This document shows, in pieces, positions 51,447-64,000 of a stretch of DNA of 64,000 nt. How positions within the stretch are numbered: the first letter of the stretch is position 1; every line of letters starts with the position of its first letter. The stretch is from Eledone cirrhosa (taxonomy: Eukaryota): assembly GCA_964016885.1 (NCBI GenBank), contig OZ024741.1:88722001-88786000 (forward strand), read 5' to 3'. The position numbers and the translations under genes are program-made. The notes beneath the pieces were generated by a model. That model worked only from the letters and a program-made list of their open reading frames with translations, did not search any database and was not told the DNA's origin.

Positions 51447-51633
51447 TAGCAGAAAAATAGACTCAATGTTTCATATATTAGTCCTCCAACGCAAGATAGA
51501 ATTATGTGTGTAGAAAGAAAGAGAGAGTGATATAAAAGGAGTAAGCTTAGAAAGAGAGAATTAGCCATTGACTGAGTCATATAAAAAGAACTAAATGTAT
51601 AAATTATTATTATTATTATTGTTATTATTGCAT

Positions 51634-51822
51634 TAGCAGTATCGGTAGAGTGTCGGACGCCATGCTTTACAGCATAGAGTTACGGCCCTTTATTATCTGA
51701 GTTCAAATCCCGCCCAGGTTAACTTTACCTTTCATCCTTACTGGGTCGATAAAATAAAGCAGCAGTAATGTACTGGGATAATTGCTGGCCATGTGCCAAA
51801 AGTAGAAACAATTATTATTGTT
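51634..51822 (+). mobile_element. SINE (7652 family)
   Basis: Closely similar to 17110-17297. Confidence 0.85.
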
Positions 51823-52497
51823 ATTATAAGCAAGGAAACAAACATAAAAACAAGCAACACCACTGCTTTGCTAACAATTAACCCAGAGAGAAAAAGACAT
51901 AGAGTAAGTAACTGATAAAGAAAAAGAGAGAGCAAGAGAGTGGTGGTCATATTTTTTCTGAATGAACACTCCTTTACTTCTGAATAGCGATGAGAGAGAG
52001 AGAGGGGGGGGGGAGAGGCAGATGTCACTAATTTCAGACACATGTTGAGTAGCAATAATAACTAACTGTACTTTAACAAATACAAACCACCACACCACCC
52101 CCACCTCCACCACCATCAACCCCACCATTAATATTCACACCAGAACCATTCAGCATACTACATCTATACCACCACCAACAAAAACAACAACACCACCAAT
52201 AATAACAACAATGAGCAATTATAATCAAGTTAATTACACTAAACAATTTTTGCCAGAACTATAAATGAAATAAATTACTCTGTCAACCACCCTCCCATCT
52301 TCCCATCTGCTAATCCACCCACCATTGCCCTCTCCTCCAGTTATAGGGAGGACATACAGAAACAGCAAAAAATAAGTAACAAATAAAATAATTTTAAAAA
52401 AATTTACCCTCAATCCCAATTGAAAGAGAAAAAAGTTTACAAAGCAACAGTTACACAAATTATGATCATTATTGTTGTTGTAATTGTTAACAGCAGC

Positions 52498-52498
<1 letters not shown>

Positions 52499-52539
<41 letters not shown>
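52499..52539. repeat. (AAT)n microsatellite
   Basis: About 13 AAT units. Confidence 0.95.
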
Positions 52540-52540
<1 letters not shown>

Positions 52541-53112
52541 TTATTATTATTAGTATATAGGTAATTAAAGCAGAAACATTTGTAAAACTACTTACTAATA
52601 ATAACACACCTACACATTCTATGTGTGTGTCTCTTCAAGTGTCCCCCCTCCCCGCTGTATATGTTGCTATGTTTTGAAAATGTAGATAGAGACCATACTT
52701 TGCCTCATCAAACTAGAGAAGACAAGATTACCGAAAAAGAAAAAAATCTTCCCTGGGTCAAAAATATGAAAGGTACAGTTGTTTGTTCTATGTCAAGTAA
52801 ATTCTCTTGAAGCTGTCTTAACTGTTTAAGTTCTTGTACTCTGTGCCCCACTCAAATCAAATCTAAACTCCATTCTGCATCTTCCCCCAACACATATAGC
52901 TCAGCAGGGATTGTTTTAATGTGTAGTCCCCCCCCCCCTCCACCTCTGGCTTGTGTAGTTCTAAATCGCCTATATCCACTTTTTTCCTGTCTCCAGTGGT
53001 ACTTTATCTGATTTGTTCAACTATTATCTAAAGTCATCAACTTTTATTATAGTTATCTGCATTGAGACAACTATATTTTCAAATTTCTCAATGCTTCCAT
53101 TAGATAATGCAC

Positions 53113-53640
53113 TCATCATCATCCTCATGATCCCCACCATTTAACGTCTATTTTTCAAGCTTGCATGGGCTAGACAGCTTGTCATATTATGGGGTTAGAC
53201 CGGTCAGGTTACCACATCTTATTTATACACTCCATTTGTGGTATGGTTTCTATGGCTGGACACTCTTCTTAATACCAACCCCTTTTGTAGTGTGTACTTG
53301 GAGCTTTTTTTTTTTTTGTGGCACCAGCATTCGCCTTATAGGGTGGTGTGGGTGCTTTTGTCGTGGCACCAGCATGAGTATGACCACCTAAGAGTGTGGA
53401 TTGGTGGTTTTGTTCTGGTTCCAATATGACCACCTAACAGTGTGGATGGAGTGATTTTTTTTTTTTTTTTAAACACCAGCACTATCACATTACAGGGTGA
53501 ACTGGGTGCCTATGTTGTAGTACCAGTATGATCACCTAACAGGGTGGACTGAATGTTTTTTTGTTGTGGCACCAGTATGACCACCTAACAGGACAGACAG
53601 GGTCCTTTTTTTATCTTGGTGCCAGCATTATCACTTTAAT
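53113..53640 (-). mobile_element. RTE-tailed retroposon with internally amplified 40-50-bp subunit
   Basis: RTE-like tail at 53113-53180, then several GCACCAG-ATGACCACCTAACAG-GTGGA-TGGGTG-Tn repeats. Confidence 0.65.
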
Positions 53641-54714
53641 TGAAAAGTAAATACTTGCCAATTGAAACTACCAAATTCTCATATTCTAAACTCGCATTGG
53701 ACTAATTATTGCCATTACAGACCATCATCATGTTTCTAGGATTCCACCCATTAAACCAGCGCATTCTAAGTTCAACACTAGTGTTATCCAAATTCAATAA
53801 CTACATGGACACTTTATCACTAGTGTAACATTGTCAATCAATGGCCATAACAATGGTCCAGTTTCTATGTACCCAATTTCACCTACAAGACATGGGTTGG
53901 ATGCTCTTCTTAATATCAATCAACCTGAGGCTATGGTAAAGAACACTTGACAAAGTGGGATTGAATGTAGGACCTAATTGTGAAACAAAGCAAAATTCTT
54001 AACAATCCAGCTTTGTTGTGTGTCCCCTGGTATTTAACAAACACTTTAGTTTATCCATTTCAATGAAGTTTGAATCAAATGACTAGATTAACCCCAACTG
54101 ACTACAATATTTTCAATATCTCTACAACTATTACTAAAGGTCTTGTCTTATCCATACTGCATATTCTTAAATTGATTATTCCCCAACCTCCATATCCTGG
54201 GCAGCATTAATAGGTAGTTCTTTCTTAAGTGAAAATAGGTTTCCTTGATCATATTCCAATTCCTAAAGTCAGGTCAGTATTATTCCATCTGAGATTGCTA
54301 CTGGTCCAGGCTTTAAGACCAGTACAACCTGCAACAGTCTTGAAAACGAATGATTATCTCCTAGGATCAGAGAAATTGAAGTGCCTCTGACCTTGCCATG
54401 CCTCAAATAGAAGGCATCTGGAAGTCTTATGAAGATAATGCCTCCACCTATGGGCCAAATAGAGACTGCCAGTAGCTTTAAAATGGCCTGTATAGTCTTG
54501 GCAACACATACCTGTATTTAAATATTGGAAAAAATGGACTCTAACATTTTGCACCTAGCCCTCATTCATAAATTTCTTGTAGGGGTACATTAATGAATCA
54601 CTATTTCTGGATATTCTGTTGGTTTTTGGTAAGCAATACTTCTATTTATTGTCTAACAGAACCACATACTTATTGTATCATAAAGAATTGGCTGAGGATA
54701 CAATGCAATCATCT

Positions 54715-55066
54715 TGCTTAAGGAGTTTGCTTCATAATCAGTTGGTTCTGGGTTCAGTTCTGCTATGAAGCACCACTCGCAAGTGTCTTCTACTACAGCC
54801 TCTGGTTGATAATGCCTTGTGAGTGGAATTTGGTAGACAGAAACTGCAGAAGCCAGTCATATGTATATTCATGTGTGTGTGTGTGTTTATGTTTGTCTAT
54901 ATGTGTTTATGCCTGATAACTTAGTGGTTTGACAATAAAAAAAAGGTCAATAAAATAAGTACCAGACTTGAAAAAATAAGTACTGGTATCAATGAGTGAT
55001 TATTCAAGATGGTGTCCCAGCATAGCTGCAGTCAATTGGCTGAAACATGTAAAAGAATAAAAGAAT
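54715..55066 (+). mobile_element. decayed tRNA-derived SINE
   Basis: GGGTTCAGTTC B box, GCAAGTGTCTTCTACTACAGCC core, internal (TG)n, AAAAGAAT repeated tail. Confidence 0.6.
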
Positions 55067-56477
55067 GAGGCAGATTCAGCATGGCACAGTATGTGACATG
55101 ACTGATTCTACAAATTATAGTACATTCAATGGGCTTTCACACAGCTCTTTGTCTAGCAAATTTCAATCACAAGATCTGGGTTGACATGAAACTAAGGCAG
55201 TTACTAACATACATTTTAAATGGAGTTTATGTCCATGAAACATATACATATACACCAGGTCTGAAAACAAAAGAACCAAACTCCCACTGTCACTGCCTCT
55301 ATCTCTCCCGCTTTCCCCATCTCTCACTCTTATGAGCCAATGGGGGCCCAAGCACTGGCTGCCCTGCGGCCCCAGGGGAGATAGAAGACTCTTACTCAAA
55401 GTACCATAGAGTGGGATAAAACTGGGTATTGATTCATGATTTTGGAGAGTTCTTCTTCACTATTCAGCCATACAACCCAAAATATATGTACATATATATA
55501 CATATCAGAGATCTAACAGTGAAAACGGACATTAAGTGATGGTGATGATACATATAGAGATATACAACTATATGACTGATATAAGTGAACAAGATAATCA
55601 TATAATTACTTTATAGTTCCTGGAGTTTGTGGCATTACTATAAATATGTCAGGTACAAAAATAAACACACAAAGGTTTGGTTGTGAAGAAAATGCTTAAA
55701 TATTAAGTGTTATAATTAAACCAATTCAAATGAAAAGGATATAAGATTGTAGAAGATCATGCCACCTAGCTTTGACTTTGGAGGCAGTCAATTAATTGCC
55801 CTTAGTTCTGACGTCAGTAGCTGAATACACTCTTTTCAACTTTGTGTGTTGATGCGAGCAGACGCATTTCACTGTAGCGAAACAGCGATATCACACCATA
55901 CGGTCACGGGATATTTGAACACCGCCACAAAATGATAATTACGAATTACCAATCAAGGAGCAACTGATATGATAACCTGTTTTGTTTATTGCTCTGGTTA
56001 AAATGCTCATGTACATATAATCTCGAGGTATGTTCTTTTTGCTTAATTGTTTACCTACACCTAACAACAAATAGAAGAGATGTTCTAGCAGCCAAGCTAG
56101 GGAAACGAACTCCCCTCTAAATCGTAAAACAACGCAGCCTTCTAAAATGGTGACCATCTCTCCTAAAAGATCAAATCTTATCTGTATAACTCAACTATTT
56201 TTTTTTTCATTTTTGTATGTGATTTGATTTTTAAAAAGTTGTCAGTATGACTTTGTATGTGTGTGGTAGTATTAATTTTTCCCAACACTCAGAGGTACTT
56301 TTGATTTGTGATGACAAGTTAGAACTACAACAATTGGAAGTGTCATTGATGCTAAAACTTTGAGGTGCCTCTGACACTCATTTCATAAGATTTGTTAAGA
56401 AATTATCCATAAAAAAAAGAGTAGAAAATGACAGTTAAAGCTGAAAATCTCTATATGAATGTAAGGCATATTGTGAA

Positions 56478-56765
56478 GGTGCTTAGCTAGTGGGTAAGGT
56501 GTTTGGCTTACAACTGTAAAATCATGCGTTTGATTCCCAACAGCGCATTGCAAGACAAATTAATTCACATTGCTCAAGTTCACTCAGCTGGCAAAAATGA
56601 GTTGTTCCTGTATTTCAATGGACCAGCCTTGTTACATACAGTGTCATGCTGAATCTTCCAGAGATGTGTACATTAAGGGTACACATGTATGTGGCATGTT
56701 CACCCATTTGCTCATTATTTTCATGAGCAGGCTATTCTGTTGTTTGAACAACTGGAACACTCGCC
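56478..56765 (+). mobile_element. decayed tRNA-derived SINE
   Basis: TAGCTAGTGG A box, GTTTGATTCC B box; body related to 35905-36122. Confidence 0.6.
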
Positions 56766-58011
56766 TAACACACACATACACATATTGTGAAATAATGATG
56801 GGAATGAGTCTGCATGTTGGTGCTGCAGTTTGTGTGAGTGTGTGCATATAAGTAGCAGAAATCAGTTAAACAATCTTCTATCTGTCATTATGGGTGATTC
56901 TCTGCAAGATAAGTTTGGTTAATGGGATTTCATGTCTAATTTGGTGTTATGTACGGTGCAAAACAGTGCCCCTTTGCAGGTGCATGGAAAAGCATCCACT
57001 CAGACTTCCTGTTCTTCAAGAAACTTTCATTGTCAATACAAAAGTCATACACCAGATTTGAGTCCACAGAAATGATTTCTAGTTGCTATAGAACCTCTTC
57101 ATTGAATAAAGCATTCAGTTCCTTCCTGTACAATGCAGACTTCCTCTTAATACCAAGACGCCTTGCCTTCCTTTCAAAAGGTAATATATTAGTTTGTGTG
57201 TGTATGAGTGTGAGCACCATAATCATTCTTAGGTTTGTAGTGAGGAATTACTTGAATAAATCCTATAATGCAAAATCTTCACTTAGATACATGAGATTCT
57301 TTGAAATGTTGCTGATGTGTTGAACAAAAAATAAAAATGATAAAAAATAAAAAATAAATAAAATAAAAAAACCAATGGCAAAGTGACCTTCAGTGTCAGA
57401 CTGCCTGTCTATCTAGAAAATGTAGTTTCCTTTCATTTTTGAAAGCTACTTGAGTATCTAAGAATTTCACCTCACAGAAGGCAGCTATGTCAACAGAGAG
57501 AGAGGATTCAAGCAAGTATTATTTTCTTGTTTTCAATGCTAATTTCCTTGACTCTGAAAATAAAGGAGGATACAAAGGTGAGTGGCCATGACTTTTGCAT
57601 CTCCCCACTCCACAGTGCCTTGACCCTCTGTAGGTTGATGCTTCAAAGTGAAAACAGGGGTATGGGGAGAGCACCAGAGGGTTGCAATTCTGTAAAGAAA
57701 GTTTTTTTTTTTTTTTTTTTTTTTTAATTTATGATTCAAAAGAATTCAAGGGTTTGTCTTGTTACTATCTGTGATAAGATTAACTTGTCTGGAAATTGAA
57801 AAAATCCACAAAACATGAGAAAGAATACTCAATCATATTGTTACCCCAATGATATGAGCCTGGATAGTGTGGGAGAATGCTCTTTGTTAGGCATACAGAA
57901 CACTAAGCTGCCTAGTGGTCCCAGTGGATAGAATAGAGAAAGTATTACTACAGAAGAGTCTGAGAGAGATACTTTTAGGGCTGCCTAGTGGTCCCAGTGG
58001 ATAGAATAAAG

Positions 58012-58142
58012 CAGGGTTTCCCAAACTTTTTCAAACGCAGAACCCTTTTTGGTTCAGAAACTTTTGTCTAATACTGTTATATGGTCGTAATATAAATATA
58101 CTCCTCTACCCTTTTCCACAACACTCTTTTGTGGAACCACTG
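58012..58142. mobile_element. hAT-type MITE with 8-bp TSD
   Basis: CAGGGTTTCCCAAA / TTTGTGGAACCACTG termini; GAATAAAG (58004-58011) and GAATAGAG (58143-58150) flanks. Confidence 0.75.
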
Positions 58143-58994
58143 GAATAGAGAAAGCGTTACCTCAGAGGACTCAGAGATAGTTATTTTTAGGGCAGCAGCC
58201 ATGACCTTTTGCAAAGTCTCTGAGACTGGTTGAAGAGAGGAATGTATCCTCAAAGCAGAGACCTGGCCTGATGTTTGCAATAAAGCGGACTCTTTAAAGT
58301 CTCCTATAGACAGGTGGTGTTAAAGTTTACCATCAAAAGAAATGTTCAGTGCAGAATTTGGTTGGAGTGACATAATGGAGTTGACATGAGGGGGATAGAA
58401 AGAATGCATCACATCTATGAAAGTTGCTAATTCAGAGGCTCAGAGGCTGTTGTAGTAGTGGAAAATGCAAAGATAAAAAACAATATGTTTCTGAAATTGT
58501 TGTAACTTGTTGATGGCTGAATATTTGCCAATTAAAGACATGGCCTACTATTTTGAATATCATAATCACCATTTAGTGTCTGTTTCCCTGCTAACCAGGG
58601 TTGGAGGGATCATTACAGAATAAGTCAATACTTAGTCAGTGCTACTGATCTGTCAGATGAGCTGGGTAGCTCTATTTTGCTTATATATATTCCTGCATTC
58701 CACAGAATGTACAGGGTGCATTTTATTGTGGAATTTGTGGAAATATAGGAAGGGTTTCTGTGTGCAGCAGCTGCACTATCTCAGCTATGTGAACAGTACT
58801 CCACTAAAGAAGAGAGAAAGAGAGAGAGAAAGCATGAAAGAGTGTTTATATGAGAGAGTAACAGAGTTTTTGTGTGTAAGTGATGGAGAGAGACTATATG
58901 TGAGAGTATGAAAGTTTTTGTATGTCTAAATCAGAGAGTCTGTATAAGTATGCGAATTAGAAATTTGTGTTTAAGAGAGAGTTTGTTTGTGTAA

Positions 58995-59035
<41 letters not shown>

Positions 59036-60149
59036 TTTGTATGTATGAGATGGTTACTTTATGTATGCGAGTAAGAGAGAGAATGTGTGTGTGTGCACAT
59101 GTATATATATATCTTTGATGAAACTATTTTTCTTAATGAAATACTCAGCTGTCAAAAAGTTAAGTAAACATTATAAAATCTAACAAAAAAACTTGTGTTT
59201 TTAAATATCACTGCTGATGTCATCTCTGATCTAAGAAGTATAGTCACAGCATAGATGTACATCAGAATGATGTATGATTGATTCATAATAGAGAATTGAT
59301 GGTGTACATTCATTAGTAGAACTTCATACACACCACCACTGCCACCAACACCACTTTATTATTATGAGAGTGATATTGCAAATATGTGTAGATATAACAA
59401 TTTTAGCGGGAAGTCGTGACAAATCGTTAATCTTAGCAACAATCTTGAGGTGGGTAAATAATATGGGATAGAAGATAGTATTGATAGTACCAAGGGAAAC
59501 ATTCCACCACTGAGTCATTGAGAAAATATTCTGACAAGTTAGAAGTAGTAGACTGGGATCTCTCTTTCTCATGTGGTCTGCCCTATGATGTTCCAGCAAT
59601 GTAAATATAATGATTTCCAAATGACACAGATATTACATATTAAGCTCTGAACCAGTTACCATAGGAGCCTCTAGGTGGTTGCTTGGTTTACAAGAAATAG
59701 CAGCCAAATCACACACCTCTGTTACCCATCTTTTAAAAAAAAGAAGGGTGTGAAATTAGATAATGTAGTTAGTCCTAAATATACTTTGAATAAAAAAATA
59801 AGATGATTAAGAGTGGAATATCTTTGATCACAAGTCTGCTTAATCATTACTATTACCTTAGATTCTCTCTCTGGGTGGAGTGTTGATTGTATGATGCTTG
59901 TGTACAACATGCAATATGCTGTATGTCTTTCCAAGTGTTTGATATTCTCTGTAACTAAGTAGCATATGTAATGGCTATTTTAAACATTTTAGGAGTGTTT
60001 TAAGTTTTTTAACCATCATTTACCCTTGAGGGCATGTATTATTTTAAACAAAATGTTGACATACAGCAAACAATTGGATTTAGAACTACTCAAGCAAGAG
60101 TCAATCACATGTTAAAACAATTACTGCTGCAGGATAGCAAAATATGAAC

Positions 60150-60545
60150 ATTGAATGCAGAGGATGTGCAAAGGTTGAAAGAAATGAGGTTATAGTCAGC
60201 TGGATGTGTAATTTTAATGGGCATGAATGATGGAACAGAAATGAGTTGAGAGAAAAATAGATTTAAAGGGAATGAGTTGTTATATGCAAGAAAGGTGACT
60301 GTACTTCTATGGACATGTAATGTGTACAGAGAAGACTGGTAAAGAAATGTTAGGAGATCCAAATTGAAGGAACCTGTGAAATAGAAGACAAAAAGACACA
60401 TGGAAAGAAATGGTAAAAGATGATCAAAAGAATCTGCAGCTCAATATGGAAGTGATAAAAGATCTCAAAATGCTGAGATGGAGAAAACCTGTCCAACTCA
60501 TGCAAGCATGGAACAATGGATATAAAATCCTGATGATGAAGATGC
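60150..60545 (+). mobile_element. old RTE LINE 3' fragment
   Basis: TGGATGTGTAAT (WMCN), TATGGACATGTAATG (YGHVM), AAGACACATGG, and tail CATGCAAGCATGGAACAATGGA...TGATGATG. Confidence 0.75.
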
Positions 60546-60975
60546 ATATACACCAGTAAAATAAAAGTGTCAATAAAATCAGTGTTGTCAAACCAAAAAT
60601 ATTTTGTGGCATTTATTCCAGCCATGTTGCATGGATACTTTTTTGTTACTCTTGCCGATGAAGTGGATCAACGAACAGAGCTCATTGAAAATCTATAACC
60701 AGTAATGCTATTGTTCACAAAATGTGTAATATAAATTTTTAAAATAACCCCAGACATGATCTCAAATTTGATTTTTATCATTGTTCTTCTCTTTTGTTTT
60801 GTTTTACACTTATTTAAGTAAAATATGGAAGGATTTATGTGTTGAGGTAATTTTTTTTATAGAGTAGAGGAAAAATGAAATAAGCAAACTGGTATGGCAT
60901 GCTCAAAATCACAACAAAATAGGAACAGCAAGATATAATTTAGTCAGTAGTTAAGTGCCTTACCATGACAACTGT

Positions 60976-61222
60976 TAACACATTTAATACCAAACCACTC
61001 ACAATTCTGATGCAAAACTTCTCATTTTAGATTATTTATTTTTATTTAAAAACCTTCCATCATAATTTTATGTAAAAACCCTTAAGTTGTTTCAAGTACC
61101 AACCTAATGATGCCAAAGTTAGTTATTTTACTTAATCCCCCCCAAATTCATGGCTATTTTTACAATCATTTGAACCACATAGGAAGTATATTTCATTAGA
61201 AATTTGTTAACAAGTAGGTTAA
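60976..61222 (+). mobile_element. piggyBac-like MITE, decayed copy
   Basis: TTAAC...GGTTAA termini; AAAACCTTCCATCATAATTTTAT shared with 861-1084. Confidence 0.6.
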
Positions 61223-63479
61223 CACTAATTTAATTTCCAATAATGATGTCATAAGTGGTGGGGGAGGGGGGAAAGGAAAAGAAAGACATTTTTACAAGGT
61301 TTAAAATAGAAATTGTAAATGTTTGTGAGATTTTGTGCCAAAAGTTATGTGATATACCACTAGCATGACTAGCCCTTCTTTTTGTGGCCTAGTAGCATTA
61401 AGCTAATGATCTATATATTCTATTTGAACAGAAACCTTAGAGACAAGGGACATTACTGGCAGTAGTGCGGGTAAGGTAGGGTATGGGAAATATTACTGGA
61501 TACAAGTGAGAGAATGGTAGGGTAGGAGGAAAACAACAAAGGCGTCCTGTAACAATACAAAGTGAACAATCATTTCCTCTTAGAAACCAAGATAAATGGC
61601 CCCAATTTCTTTTTTCTTTATTTCTTTCTCTATTCTTTTTTTTCTTCTCTTGGCATTGAAGAGGTCAGAAATACCAGAAGTGCACTCAAACAATGCATTA
61701 ATAATAACCTCATTATACACATTTCTATAGGGCAGTGTGATCTAACAGAGGAAGGCATTTTGAGAGAGCAGGGTGTGTAAATGCTAGCAACAAAGCACAG
61801 TAGAGGAATGCGTAAGCATTATATGTCAGATCAGTGCGACCAACAAGCTACTAAGCCATTATTAGTACCACTTGCTTGTCATCTGGCTGTGAGAGTTTGT
61901 CAAGTCATTTATTTACTGTTTAGCCCTCTGGAGATATAATAACTACTACGGAAGAAAATTATCATCAAATGTCATTGTTATGCTTAAACATTCTGTACAG
62001 TATTATCCCACAATGGTAAATGGTTTAACAATTTAATGTTTCACTCTCGTGATTAAATTATCAATGCTAGGCCTACATACTGTCACTCACAAATCTGCGA
62101 CAAGAAGATATAGACCTAAGCTTTAAGATTACTGTAGTACATGACTTCCCTTTTGTAACACTATTTTTACCAAAAATATACTGCCAATGGAGTTCAATAA
62201 ATGTTCAAAGTAATCAGGGTTTTGAATAGGATTTAATAAAACAACTAACTTTTTTTTATACATTATAGATTCTTTGTTTAACACCAGGTCAGCATTGATC
62301 AAGCAGACCTATGATCCAAGGTATTCTAGCCAAAACCATTCCAGCTTTTTTAATTTTCAGTTAGCCTATTTAGGACCACATAACCCAAGAATGGTGTGAC
62401 AGGGAGATTTGGTTGCTTATTCTAACAGATCAATGTAAAGGCTTGCCTACTGGCTAATTATTAATTGGTATACTAGACCTTAGTTAGCAGGGAAAATGTG
62501 CATTAAACAATGATGACAAACTAGTACTCTTTAATAAAATAATTATGAAAATGGCACCTATTGAAATCCTATGTTATCATTCATCTAAGAACAAATTTTG
62601 ATAGAAACTACAATTTCAAATACAAGACTGTCTGCCAGTCTGTTTTGTGCGTGCGTGCGCATGTGTGTATACATGAGTGCATCTGTGTATAGATTTGAAT
62701 GACAAAATAATGCATCTTATATGATGTAAGCTGAAGGGCTATGTCAAAGTATGATAATGATGTAATCTTAATGAAGAAGACACAGCAACATGATCTGAAG
62801 GTGATGAAATCTTGGCAAGCAAGATGTGTGAAGTGATCAGAGACACTGAAATGTGATTTAACCTATAGACAATGTGATGTGATACTGAAGTTATAGACAC
62901 TGTATTGTGGTGTAATGTGATGTGATGCGGTACTGAAGTTATAGACGATGTGATCTGATATTGTAATACGAGACATTGTGATGTGAAGATGACCTTTGTG
63001 AGAAAAAAAGTAATATTTGTTGTGTATTTGATAATTACATGAATCTTGGCATCTCTCTCTTTCTCTCTCCCAAGAAAATGGCTGTGATTAGACTTGGGGG
63101 TATGAGTGTCACCAGATAACCCTTTAGCATTTTTACTATTGTATTGTAATGTCATGTTAAAGGCTTTATCTCACATAATATTGAATCTATGAGATTTTGA
63201 GAACACTACCATAACATCAGTATGAGCAGCCAGTTACAGCTGGTTTGAACAGAAAGAGATGAGAGAGTCCTGGCTGGATACAGCCAGTTTAAATGCCTAA
63301 GACAGGCCAGATGTCATGATGGCATTCTTTTGACTACACCAGGAGCTGAGGGTACAAATCAGGTTAGGACAAGGCATATATTATGAATGGTGATATGATT
63401 CCATGCTAGTATGGAAAAACAAACACCCAAACATTGATCATGGCAGTCCTACAGCAACTTACACCCCAAAAGATCCTTC

Positions 63480-63950
63480 AGTGCAAGCTCTGTGAACCAG
63501 TTACAAAATGTTTGAGATAGAATTCAATCAACACAGACATCTGAGTGGATTTTGAAAGGATCACGTTTTTCATTTTAGCAGCCATCTTGTAATATACTCC
63601 AACTAGATTCAGGAGTGATATCATGTTATCCCAGAGTGTATTGCAGTTGACAGAATTAAAGCCTAATACAAAGTCAACAAAGCAGATGATAGTTTGCTGC
63701 TGGTAGCTCCATCATTGCTCCAGAAACTTTCTCAATGAGAAGATTTGATTTGTGCAGCTTTGGCCCTGAAGAAAACCACACTGATATAGTTGAGTCCATT
63801 GATTACACTTGTGCTGAAATCTTCATATGGTATCTGAACAGCTGAGGTTGGCTTGTGCATCTTGATCCCATCTGCATGAACATTAGAAGATAACTTCTCT
63901 TATAAAAATCTGTAGCCTTTTGCCTATTTAACGATTTAATTTCATCTAAA
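63480..63950 (-). mobile_element. degenerate non-LTR (RTE-like) RT fragment
   Basis: Reverse translation QIFSLRKFLEQ*WSYQQQTIICFVDFVLGFNSVNCNTLW matches the QIF.LR...E...FVDF..AFDSV....LW RT region. Confidence 0.6.
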
Positions 63951-64000
63951 TAAATGTATTGATTAACTCAGCACTCAATAGCCTGATTCAGTATCTTCTT

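Noticed and set aside
62739-63155. 138-aa ORF
   Set aside because: Low-complexity, built on short ATGTG and TACTGAAGTTATAGAC repeats; no recognisable domain.

Overview
AT-rich, microsatellite- and retroposon-dense animal genomic DNA. The repeat families look like those of an octopus or other coleoid cephalopod (recognised by eye, not searched). The only host coding sequence I can support is two minus-strand exons (6683-6740 and 3743-4229) of a tRNA dimethylallyltransferase (TRIT1/MOD5/miaA family). They splice in frame and carry a roughly 130-aa polar insertion with a PKRRR NLS-like motif. I found no upstream exon, so the rest of the window is probably one very large intron. It holds: a ~15.6-kb array of ~310 copies of a 50-bp unit (each a potential 41-nt stem-loop, with kb-scale higher-order duplications); two decayed RTE LINEs in opposite orientation with partner SINEs; Penelope-like remnants with decayed hammerhead-like cores; Helitron, piggyBac-, pogo- and hAT-type MITEs; a CCA-ended tRNA-Glu retrocopy; and many fold-back palindromes, one with perfect 132-bp arms. 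Most ORFs in the supplied track are microsatellite or antisense artefacts. Boundaries of decayed repeats are approximate.
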